Of a DNA stretch of 64,000 bases, positions 42,154-56,541 are shown one piece after another. The notes under the pieces were generated by a model. It was not told the origin of the DNA and ran no database searches. It worked only from the letters and a program-made list of their open reading frames with translations. Source of the stretch: the human T2T-CHM13v2.0 reference genome, Homo sapiens; assembly GCF_009914755.1 (NCBI RefSeq), contig NC_060928.1. One strand, 5' to 3'. A program made the position numbers and the translations under genes. Numbering within the stretch: the first letter of the stretch is position 1; each line of letters starts with the position of its first letter.

Positions 42154-42609
42154 GATTTTTTAAATAATTCCTGATTTTAAAGGTAATCAAGAAGAAATAA
42201 AAGGAAGCTTTCAATCTGCAGGTGTTCTTCATTAGCACTACAGGTGTGATCATTGGAGAACCGACGTTTCAGGGCTGCACCTGAAGACAACAGCAGTCTT
42301 TCCCTAGAACACATTCTGTTTTTAATATTTTTGACTTAGATTTCTCCTCAGTTTATTTAATCACTTTTATGTACGTTTAATTTAGCATAGAATATATGTC
42401 TATTCAATTTTAAAGCATATTTGTATACTTAACAGTGTATATATTTGAGAAATTCTTAAAATTTGGGCAACTTTAGCCAGGAAACACCCAGTGTCAGACT
42501 TTCAGTGCTATGCCTGACCTCTGAAATTATTTCCTTTTGTAAACACTAAATCTTAGTGTCTTAAATTTAAGTATAGTCTTAAATTTTTAGAAATAACATT
42601 ATTATCATT

Positions 42610-42855
42610 ATTGTAATAATAAAACTAATCCTTCAGTACTGCCAAACAGAAACCAGGCATTGTTCTAAGTTACTGTCTTGCATATTAAATACTCATAACA
42701 ACCTTCTTGGCTGATTACACTATTATCCCCATTTTATAGATGAGTAAGCTGAAGCACAGTTTGGTTACCATGTTGCCCAAGCCACAGCCATCGAGCAAAA
42801 GTAAGATTTGAAGGCAGGGAGCTGCCACAAACCCCGATCCTTTGACTTCTCAGCT
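42610..42855 (-). mobile_element. MIR
   Basis: tattatccccattttatagatgag core. Confidence 0.8.
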
Positions 42856-43132
42856 GAGCTAATGTGCCTCAGTTCTTTCCACATGTGCACCTGTTACTCT
42901 AACACAAATTCTGTCTCTATGTCTTATTATTAGAATGTATTCTTCTTACTGTGAAATTTCTCATTTTATTTTAAATGTATGTCCCCCACAAATTCTATTC
43001 TTTGTATGTCTTTGCTATTTTCTATATTTTCATGCATTCGTTAGAATTTTAAACATATTATATCTTTAATTTAAAGTAATTATTATCGCCTAGGAGTTTA
43101 AAGAAATTTACGTATATCATTCTATACATTGC

Positions 43133-43133
<1 letters not shown>

Positions 43134-43174
<41 letters not shown>
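43134..43174. repeat. (CA)n microsatellite
   Basis: Seen directly. Confidence 0.95.
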
Positions 43175-43175
<1 letters not shown>

Positions 43176-43274
43176 CCACCACTATTCTCTGAATTGCATT
43201 TTAGGTATTTTATTACATATTTTCTTACCTTCTATGTCACACCATTGCCAAAGTCAAATTCTGAGAGTTTAGAC

Positions 43275-43443
43275 CTCTTATACTCAAATGGTGATCCATA
43301 AACTGCAGCATCACCATCACCTAGAGTTCGTTAGAAATACAGAATTCCAAGCTCCACCCCAGACCAGCTGAGTCAGATTCTTCATTTCAACAAGAGCACC
43401 AGATGATCAGAAGGAATATTAAAGTTTCAGAAACTTGCTTTAG
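43275..43443. mobile_element. MER5A-type hAT MITE
   Basis: cagcatcaccatcacctagag...ttagaaatacagaatt...ccaccccagacc. Confidence 0.75.
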
Positions 43444-43651
43444 ATGACATAGTGCTCTAAACTAGGGCTTTCTTAATTCTTCCTTCAACTAATTTATTTC
43501 CCTAATTTCTATGAAACTTGCTCTTGTAATTTTTTTTTACCACTAAGTGTTCTAGTCTGTTATAATTAATAATATGGAATGCTTCATTCCCTTATCAGCT
43601 TTCCTGCCTGGAATATTATTTAATTTTCATGAGTTAATTATTGAGACCCTA

Positions 43652-45829
<2,178 letters not shown>

Positions 45830-46147
45830 AGAAGCTTCTCTTCTTATAAACATATTAGATTCCAAGGGCTGTCTGCAAAACTAGTTGTTTGAAAGGTTCT
45901 GTATTCCCCATATGTGTCTACAAATGCCATCAGTTGGAAATAATATACAGAACTGACATACTTTAGCTCCAGTGTGTAGCCTTGTAAATGTCTATGAGCG
46001 TTCCTAAGTTAAAAGATCAGTAGTAGAGGAGCTACTATTTTCTCAAAATCCTGTGTGATTTTATACTATCTGCTGTATTCACAATGTTCATCTTAAGTCT
46101 TGTGGAAATTCTTCTCAGGTTTTCTTAGCTATCAAGTATTCACTTAC

Positions 46148-46335
46148 AAGTTGACCTAGGGGTTTCTTGTTTTTTGTATAAGCTGTCCTGAAGAAGTTCC
46201 AGAAAGATGACTTTGTAGTAATACAGGATTCTTGCCTCTGGCTAAAACAATCACCATCAACAATGTCCAAAACCAAACATAATAACAAAATAAAACCCTC
46301 AAAGAGAAATATCCCTTTGAAAACCATCAAATAAA
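46148..46335 (-). pseudogene. Exon (188 nt, 1-0): (V)YLMVFKGIFLFEGFILLLCLVLDIVDGDCFSQRQESCITTKSSFWNFFRTAYTKNKKPLGQL
   Basis: Acceptor tttacggtttttgaag|, donor CTT|gtaagt; fully open (ORF 46115..46330); phases fit both neighbours. Confidence 0.7.
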
Positions 46336-48337
46336 CTTCAAAAACCGTAAATTAATGCAAAAGAAAATCAATCTTATTTCAGTTTTTAAATTAAGGCAAA
46401 ATTCTATGTTGGTAAGTGCTTATCACTGTTTTAACGAAATTCTAGTACCCATATCTTGATAGAAATTATGAAATTTCTTTATCACTTTATCTTTTTGCAT
46501 TGGTTCTTGAATGATATTCCATTATATGAGCTAAGTAGGATAAGAATATTAATTTACTTGAGCATATGGTATCAAGGAAAGTAATTGTTTAGAATTTGTC
46601 CAATAGGAAAATATGAAGTGTTTGCCTATAGAATGGGCATTAGATGGTAATGAGTCAATTTTAACTGTGTGACGTGTGATAACCATATCAGAGTTATGTA
46701 AAATGAATATATTTATCTCTTAGAGATTTATATTTCAGTAAATTCGATTGAAATATCAAAAAATTATCAATGTAACATACTGGTATACATACACCACCAC
46801 CACAAAATGTAGAAAGACAGAAGCACCCCACGCATCCCACAAAGACAGACAGAAAGAGGAACATTAAGAGCCTAGAAAAGACATCAATGATACAGAAATT
46901 TTAGCATCAATGCAGGAGGCTCCAATAACTCATTAGGTCATTGGATTAAAAGCAATGAAAGAAAAAATAATACGTTATTTTAAGGATTCACAATGTAACT
47001 GAAATAACACATTATATTTAAGAAACGCTACAAGCACCTTTTATTGAGCCTTTGCTCAAACTAATCACTTGGTATTTCTTTCACATATATATTATTGCTC
47101 TTACTCTTCACAATAACTATTGAAAAGAGACATGAAGAACAATTTTCCCATTTTCATAACATTTCTGATTTAGCCGAAAGAGGATGGAACTTTTACTACT
47201 AGGTAGTTTATGTGCATAACGCACTAAAGCATGTATAAAACATAGTATACAAATTTAGGTGTCCAGAGGAATTAACATTTTAAAAATTAGATAAAATTAA
47301 CTGTCAGTCTTTGCCTCTATTCTTCTAGGATTCAACAATTTTGATGGAGAACATAAACAACAGAAATAATTCAGCTGAAACAAATTTTGCAATGTGGAAA
47401 GCACATAAGCACAGAAAACCCAAAAAATCTAAATTCAAAAAATAAACAATCTAAGCAAATGGAATTATAGTTGAATACCTCCATATCCCACTATCAAAGT
47501 ATGACAGAAAAAGGAAACAAAAATAAAAACTACATTGTGCTCAATAAGTAGATTTATGCTTCTGGCAATATAGACACTAGTAATTCTAAAACGCTTTTCT
47601 GCTTCAAAACATTTAGAAATGCTTAATAAAACACAACAAACATACTTTAAAAAGCACTTTTGAATTTTAAAAAAGTAAGGATGATCTCACAAGGGCAAAA
47701 TGAAGTCGGAGTTGAAACAATGGTTAACATCCTAGTGCAAAAATTATGGGTACATTGGTGGTGTTTACTAACACTAGGATCTTGGAACCTTGGATTTTAA
47801 TAGCCTTATAAGAAATAGTGGAGAAGATTTTAGTCTTGTAAAAGATGAGCTGTTGGAGTTTACAACACTCAAAAGCCCAAAAGGGTGGACAATAAAAAAA
47901 AATTGCACCTTAACAGGGGTAAGTGACAAGGGAAATATTTGTGACATTTCTGGCTTGGAGTAGCAAAAAAAGGAATTCTTCTAAAAATGCATAATCCACA
48001 ATCCTTCCCCCATGGCTTTTGGACTTTGTTTTCTACAGTTTATAAGTCCTAAAAATCTTTCAGAAGATAAATTAACTTAAAAGAGCAAATTAAATCCTCT
48101 TCAAAGGAATATAACCTCATCTTAGACATCTCAGGATTCCCAGAATTTTAAATAAACCAATAATAAGTTCGCAATCCAAAATTACACAACCTACCCAAAA
48201 GTAAGCCTTTATAAAGGAAAGTCCAAAGAAGCAACAAACACTAGAATTTGATTGCCAAGGAATTCAGACTTTGTACAGTCAGATAACACAAAATAAAATC
48301 AGTGTGTTAAAAATCCCTAAGAGTATAAAAAAGGAAA

Positions 48338-48743
48338 TGTATTAGGCCATTCTTGTGTTGTTATACAGGAATACCTGAGACTGGGTAATTTATACAGAAA
48401 AGAGATTTAATTAGCTTACAGTTCTGCAGGCTATACAAGAATGGCTTGGCTTCTGGTGAGGATAGTAGTAAGCTTACAAACATGGTGGAGGGTGAAGAGG
48501 GAGTAGACACATCACATGGCAAGAGTGGGAGTAGGAGAGAGACGAGGAGGAGCCAGCCCCTTTTAAACAACCAAATATTATGTGAACTAACTGAGCTAGA
48601 ACTTACTCCAAGGGGATAGTGCTGAGTCATTCATGAGATATCTGCCCCCATGATCCAATACCTCACACCAGGCCCCATCTCCAATACTGGGGATTACATT
48701 TCAACATGACATTTGGAGAAAACACACATCCAAACCATTTACA
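48338..48743 (-). mobile_element. MST (MSTB-like) solo LTR
   Basis: tgtattaggccattc...tacctgagactgggtaattt...catccaaaccat. Confidence 0.9.
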
Positions 48744-49284
48744 GAAACTAAAGACATAACAAAGGAATAATAGGATATTAAAACCAATTAGAATTTTAAA
48801 AGACTAAAAGTAACTTCTAGAAATTAAAAATTAAATAAATAAATTATAATCGCATAGATGCATTGAAGAAAATTAGGTACAACTTCAGAGAGGGACTTAA
48901 TAAACTGAAAAATACATTTGAATCATTACATAAAACAAAGACAGAAAAAGTGATAAAACTTATGCAAGGTGGAAAAGAAAATAGGAAGTTCTAATTTGTG
49001 ACCAGTCAGATTCCCTGAAGAAGAGAGAAGAGAGAATGGAGAGACCAGGGCCAGGCCTAGGTCATGGCAAGGGAATAGGGCAAAAAGTTTAAGGAGGCAT
49101 TTACTCTTAAATTTTGTCATCTAGAAGAGACAATACTAAAAAAAGAAGTTTCAATTTTCCATAATTAAATATTTGGGTTCAGGAAACAGAGTTTTCCAAG
49201 CAGAATAAATAAAAAGAAATTTGCACCAAGAAGCTAGTAAAACAGTAGAATACCAACGATAAAGAGATCTTCTTACAGCCTGAA

Positions 49285-49671
49285 ATAACAGATTGACTCT
49301 TGGTGCCCTACCCAGATTTCCTTCACCAAAACAGTAGACCCACACTCACCCTCCTATTGATAATTGTCCTCCTATCACTGGAAATGTCTCAAAAGTTTCA
49401 TACTCCCTCTAGGGACAGCCCACAGCCAAAGCATGACTTATAAAAGGATACCAAAGGCCAGTACCCTAGCATGAATGGGGGACATTTTTGTGGAACCCTC
49501 AGGTTGCAGAGATGCTTGTGGGACCAGGCTGATCTTCTGCTAAGTTGCATTTTTAACTTGCAATTTTCCTGCTCTATCTTGTTTTTATTTCTGTTTTCAT
49601 TTTTCTGATTCCAACTAACAAAACTGAGAATCCCCATCTTGAGTTGACTCTAATAAGTGCAAACTAAGACA
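49285..49671 (+). mobile_element. LTR16-type ERVL solo LTR
   Basis: ggtgccctacccagat...gggacagcccacagccaa...aactaagaca. Confidence 0.6.
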
Positions 49672-52582
49672 ATTAGCAATAAACAGATCACAAATATATC
49701 ATATATCAACAGATTTTCAAAGCAATGACGGATGTCAGAAGGCTGTAGAAAAAATATAGTCTTAGTAGTGAGAAAAAAAAGTCAGTTAAGACTCTGTTCT
49801 TAAACTATAATTTGAGAACAAAAATGAAGCAAATATATATTCAGATGAATCAAAACAAAGTTTACAACCAAATGACCCATGGGAAAGGAAATTTTAAAGA
49901 AAGATTTTGGGGCAGAAAGAAAAGAATCTCAGATAAGTATGAGATATAAGAAGAACTGGAAAAAATAGTGAATAGGTAGGTAAACTTAATCAACAATAAC
50001 TATTTAAAGTAATCATGTTTAATTCAATAAATAACAAAACAATGTAGAGCTAAGTGATTGTACCAAAAAAGAGGGAGGTGATAAAATTTCAGTTATAATA
50101 TCTTGCAATACTGAGAAGGAGACGAGAGAGACGAATTAACTTTAGAATCCGATTATAAAAGTAATGACTCTAAGGTTAATTTCTGTAAAATAGAATTCAA
50201 GTGTATTAACTTCAAACCAGCAGAGTGAACAGAAGAAAACAGAAAATCTCAATCAGAAACAAGCCATGAGGAATTTCTGTTTCTGGCTATAATGGAGTAA
50301 CTTGTCTTGGATTAGTCCATTCTGTACAAACAACCAAAAAGTGGCCAAAATATATTGGGAAAATATTTTCAAGCATTGCACAACATGCAGCACAAAACTG
50401 TACTTTATGAGTAACAGGAAAGCTCCATAATAGTCCCAGTTATCTCCTTAGTGATAACTTTCCAACCTCAGCAAAGCAAGTTGGAATCCAAGCAAAGCAA
50501 AGGGGACTGCAGCTCTTAGAAGGCAGAGATTAGAGTTCAAGGAAGCTGAAGTGAATGGAATATGCAAGGCAAGAAGCCAGAAAGGAAGTAGCTGCTCAGA
50601 AGGGAGGTTTCAGATATCTGAGCAGAATTCCCTGTGAATTCTTGGCCAAGGATTGAGCTATACTTGTCCAGGACAAGAATACATGAGGCATTTTAGAGAG
50701 TTACTGCTACTGATTGAGAATGCATGAGAGATGTTAGAGAAATTAGAGGTCAAGCAGTGACAGTGGATATTGGAGTTCATGTCACCCAGAGTGGAGATAC
50801 CTCATTAATGCAGTCTAATACCCCAGGCAGCCAGCTGAGAAATTGGCTGCTTTATGAGTCATACTTTGTGAGTGGAGATAATGAGCTAAAGTAAGATATG
50901 TTTTAGATTCACCCTAACAAAGCTTAAAGCTAAATCTTGACAAGATCTACAGGAGACATAGAGTTCAGAGATTAAGTGAAACAGTTAGAGTGGCTTTTGA
51001 CACATGTAAGGTTTTCCAAAGGTCTGCCCTAACAAAATGTATACCCTGGGATACATGAGTTCAAGGTGATCATCTACTAAACGTTTTTACCATGTATAAC
51101 TACTTATATTACCAGATTACTAGATAGACATAAAAAAGTGACACATAGTAAAGAATAAGCCATCAAAAGAAACTGACCCAGAGATGGCATGGGTCTTGCA
51201 TTTAGCAGATGATGACTTTAAATCAACTATTTAAACATATTCAAAAAACCAAAGAAAATGTGTTCATAGAATTAAAGGAAAATATAGTCTTAATGAAAGA
51301 ACAGATGATGACTCTCAGAAAAGAAATGAAATCTATTTTAAAAGGCAAATAGAAACTCTATAATGGAAAGAACAATAAATGAAATGTAAAATTCACTAGA
51401 TGAGTTTAACAGCAGGCCAGAAATAGTAGAAGAGTCAGTGAGGTGAAAGAGAAATCAGTTGAAGTTCTGCAATCTGAAGGATAAAGGCACAATTTATTTT
51501 TTAATGAACAGAAATGGGGGACAATATCCAACAACTACCATAAGTATAATAGTAGTCTTAGGAAGAAAAAAATAGAATATAAAGTATTTAAAGAATTCAT
51601 GGCTGAAAATATGCCAAATTTGATGGGGAAAAATCAACTTATAGGATCCAGAATTTGAAAAAATCCTAAAAAAGATCAAATTAAAGAAATCCCCAAACAC
51701 GTCATGGTCAAACCACTGAAAACAAAAGATAAAGCAATCAGAGGAAAAGGAACATTACTACAGGGAACAATAATGAAAAACAATTGCTGGCTGCTCATCT
51801 AAACAAGGTAGGCAAGCTAACAATGAGCCAATATCTTTAACATGCTGAAAAAATTTATTTGAGAATTTTATATCTAATAAAAATATCCTTCAAAAATAAG
51901 GTAAAATGGGCATCTTATTATAAACAAAAGATCAGAAATTATTTGCAACAAACATAAACTACAAAAAATGTTAAATAAAAAAGGGAAAAATTAAACTATA
52001 TGAAAAGTCATGTCCATAGATGGGAAGAGTCATAAAAATAAATAGACATAAATATAAGATGTTATTCCTCCTTATTATTTCTTAAAAGATAGGCTATTTT
52101 TTATAAAAGCAATAATCGTTTCACAAGGTAGAGTTTTTAGTATATAAAAAAAGATGTGCAAAAGAAGGTACAATGGATAAGGGACAAGCTAACGGAATTT
52201 TACTGTTGAATGTTTATTATATTTGGGAAATGGGAAGTAGAAACTGAGAAATGGGAATCATCAGGTTTGGAGCTGGAACTGTGAAGGGTTAGGTGTTAAG
52301 TGGATTAACACTGAATCTAAATAGACCTTAAAAGTTGAGAATAGGATAGCATTAACCTTAAACACTATAGAATTTTTTAAAAGAGCTAAGAAGCCAATAA
52401 AGTAAATAAAATAGAATATTTTAAAAATATCCAATTAGCCCAAAATAGAAAAAGAGCAAAAACAAAACAAAAACAAAGGACAAAAGGAAAACAAATGGGA
52501 CAATGATAGATTTGAACACAACCATATGGATAATTACATGAAATGTAAACAGAGAGAGAAATGTAACTAGACTAAGACTAAA

Positions 52583-52796
52583 CAAGGGGTCAAAAAACTA
52601 TGTCCTGCAGGAAAAATCTTGCCTACTTGTTTCGTAAATATTTGTGGAAAAAAATCGCCTGACCATTCACATGTTTTCTATAAATGCTTTTATGCTACAA
52701 TGGCAGAATTCAGTAGTTTTGACAAAAACTGTATGGTTTGCAAAACCTAACATATTTACTATCTGGCCCTTTACAGAAAACATTTGGTAACCCTTG
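52583..52796 (+). mobile_element. MER58A (hAT-Charlie)
   Basis: aatggcagaattcagtagt...atttactatctggccctttacagaaaa; TIR-like ends. Confidence 0.88.
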
Positions 52797-53417
52797 GAAT
52801 AAATACTCTATACGGGAGACTTTAGGGGAATTATGATGTCACTTTTTAGTTCCCATAAAGTGTCCTGTATAATAAGAGTGCCTACAAAAAAGTCGATTTA
52901 AATTTGAAAAGACAAATAAGTTGAAAATAAAAAGATGGAAATAATATATAGTATAAACAGGAATCATAAGAAAGCTGTTGTGGTTATGTTAATATGAGAC
53001 AGATAAATCTCAAGACAAAATCTATTTCAAGAAACAAAAATAGTATTTCAAAATAATAAAAGAGTAAACTCATCAGAAAGATATGACAATCTTAAATATG
53101 TATGCACCTGATAAAAGAGGTTCAAAATTCATAACACAAAAACTGATCAAGATAGAGGGAGAAATAAGCAAATTGGTAATCATTGTTGAAGGTCTGTAAT
53201 ACCACTCTCTCAGTAATTAATATAAGAAGAGATGAAAAGTCTTTATTCTTTATTTCTTTATTAAGAAAAAAATCTGAATAACACTACCTAACCACCTTTA
53301 CCTAATTAGTAGTTATAGAATACTATACTCAACAAATACTACACACACATTCTCTTTAAAAACACATGGGATATTCATCATGATAGGACATACACTAACC
53401 AGAAAATAAACCTCAAA

Positions 53418-55237
53418 CATTCCTTTACACTAATAATAGACAAACAAGAGTGGAATCATGAGTGAACTCCCATTCACAATTGCTACAAACAGAATAACAT
53501 ACCTAGGAATATGACTTACAAGGGATGTGAAGAGCCTCTTCAAGGGGAACTACAAACCACTGCTCAAAGAAAAAAGAGAGGACACAAACAAATGGAAAAA
53601 CATTCCATGCTCATGGATGGGAACAATCAATATCATGAAAATGGTCATACTGCCCAAAGTAATTTACAGATTCAATACTATTCCCATCAAGCTACCAATG
53701 ACTTTCTTCACAGAATGAGAAAAAAATACTTTAAATTTCATATGGAATGAAAAAGAGCCTGCATAGCCAAGACAATCTTCAGGAAAAAGAACAAATCTGG
53801 AGGCATCACGCTACCTGATTTCAAACTATATAACAAGGCTACAGTAAGACAAACAGCATGGTACTGGTACCAAAACAGATATATAGACCAATGGAACAGA
53901 ACAGAGGCCTCAGAAATAATGTCACACATCTACAACCATCTGCTCTTTGACAAACCTGACAAAAAGCAGCAATGGGGAAAGGATTCCCTATTTAAACAAA
54001 GGTGTTGAGAAAACTGGCTAGCCATATGCAGAAAGCTGAAACTGGATCCCTTCCTTACACCTTATGCAAAAATTAACTCAAGATGGATTAAAGAGTTAAA
54101 CATTAGACCTAAAACCATAAAAACCCTAGAAGAAAACCTAGGCAATACCATTCAGGATATAGGCATGGGCAAAGACTTCATGACTAAAACACCAAAAGCA
54201 ATGGCAACAAAAGCCAAAATTGAAAAATGGGATCTAATTAAACTAAAGAGCTTCTGCACAGTGAAAGAAACTCTCATCAGAGTGAACAGGCAACCTAGAG
54301 AATAGGAGAAAATTTTTGCAATCTATCCATCTGACAAAGGGCTAATATCCAAAATCTACAAGGAATTTAAACAAATTTACAAGAAAAAATCAAACAACCC
54401 CATCAAAAAGTGGGTGAAGGATATGAACAGGCACTTCTCAAAAGAAAATATTTATGTGGCCAACAAACATGAAAAAAAGCTCATCATCACTGGTCATCAG
54501 AGAAATGCAAATCAAAACCACGATGACATACCAACTCACACCAGTTAGAATGGCGATCATTAAAAAGTCAGGAAACCACAGGTACTGGAGAGGATGTGGA
54601 GAAATAGGAATGCTTTTACGCTGTTGGTGGGAGTGTAAATTAGTTCAGCCATTGTGGAAGAGAGTGTGGTGATTCCTCAAGGATGCAGAACTAGAAATAC
54701 CATTTGACCCAGCAATCCCATTACTGTGTATATACCCAAAGGATTATAAATCATTCTACTATAAAGACACATGCACATGTATGTTTACTGTGGCACTGTT
54801 CACAATAGCTAAGACTTGGAATCAACTCAAATGTCCATCAGTGATAGATTGCATAAAGAAAATGTGGCACATATACAGCATGGAATACTATGCAGCCATA
54901 AAAAAGAATGAGTTCATGTCTTTTGTAGGGACATGGATGAAGCTGGAAACATCATTCTCAGCAAACTAACACAAAAACAGAAAACCAAACACTGCATGTT
55001 CCCACTCATAACTGGGAGGTGAACAATAAGAACACAGGGATGCAGGAAGGGGAACATCACATACCAGGGCCTGTCAAGGGGTGGGGGAGCTGGGGAAGGG
55101 ATACCATTAGGAGAAATACCTAATGTAGATGACGAGTTGATAGGGTGTAGCAAACCACCATGGCACGTGTATACCTACGTAACAAACCTGCACATTCTGC
55201 ACATGTACCCCAGAACTTAGAGTATAATTTTAAAAAA
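53418..55237 (+). mobile_element. L1PA7/8-like 5'-truncated element nested in L1M
   Basis: Fragmented ORF2 peptides (53527..53718, 54454..54672, 54781..54969) and 3'UTR. Confidence 0.93.
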
Positions 55238-56064
55238 CTTAAAAGAATGAATTTTCACAGAGTATGTTCTCTTCCTAAACTGAAATTAACTTAAAAATCT
55301 ATAAAAATTAGATCTATAGAAAAAGCCCAAATAATTAGAAATTAAATAACCCACTTCTAAATAACCCATAGACCAAAGAGAAATCACAAAGAAACTTAGA
55401 AAATGTTTGAAAATTAATGTTAAGAATGCAACAGAGTAATAGAGGACACAACTAGCATGGTGATTAGAAGATGTGTAGCTTTAAATGCCTATCTATACTA
55501 GAAAATAAAATCTAAGTTTCTGACTTAAAAAAATGAAAAAAGGAAGAGCAATTTGAACCCAAAGTAAGGAAAAGAAAAGTAATATCAAAAATCAGAACAG
55601 AAGCCAAAGAATTAAATAGACAAATGATAGAGAAAATTTAAAAACACAAGTTAGTTCTTTGAAAAGTTTAATAGAATTGGTAAACTCCCAGCAAAGTAAT
55701 CAGAAAAAAGAAGAAACAAAATTGTAAAAATTAATAATTAAAGAATACATAGTGCTAGTGATTCTACAGATATTAAATGGATAATAAAATATAATGAACA
55801 ACTTTATGTCAATTAATTTAATAACAAATGGAATGGACATTTCCTAAACAACTCAACTTATCCAAACTGAATCAGAAAAAAAAAATAGAAAATTGAATGA
55901 TATTCTTCCCTCTATTAAAGAACTTTAATAGTAATGGGAAACTTTCCCACTGAGAAAGAAGGCAGAAAGAGGAAAAACAAAAAGTACAAGGGGAAAAAAC
56001 ACAAAAGACAAATTGGAAGCACAAAACAACAGCAGAAGGACTTTCAAATATATTAGCTAAGACA

Positions 56065-56349
56065 GGCCATGCACAGTGGTGCAGGCCTGTAATCCCAGCA
56101 CCTTAGGAAGCCAAGGCATTCAGGTCACTTGTGGCCAGAAGTTCGAGACCAGCCTGGCTAACATGGCAAAACCCCGTCTCTACTAAAAACACAAAAATTA
56201 TCCAGGTGTGGTGACACATACCCATAATCCCAGCTACTTGGGAGGCTGAGGCACAAGAAGTACTTGAACCTGGGAGGAGAAGTTGCTGTTAGCCAAGATT
56301 GTGCCACTGCTCTCCAGCCTGAGTGACAGAACAAGACTCTGTCTCAAAT
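56065..56349 (+). mobile_element. Alu (Sz/J-like)
   Basis: Full dimer; TSD taagaca at 56058-56064 and 56535-56541. Confidence 0.93.
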
Positions 56350-56541
56350 ATATATATATATAAAATATATATTATGTATTATACCTTACCATATATAATA
56401 TATATTATGTTTATTATGTCTCAGCATATATATAATATATAATATATATAATGTCTTACCATATATAATATATATTATATAATGTCTTACCATATATATA
56501 TAAAACATATATATGTTTATTTATATATATATGGTAAGACA
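56348..56541. repeat. AT-rich minisatellite/palindrome replacing the Alu tail
   Basis: Units of about 31-34 bp (atgtcttaccatatataatatatatt) and a terminal palindrome at 56483-56541. Confidence 0.9.
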
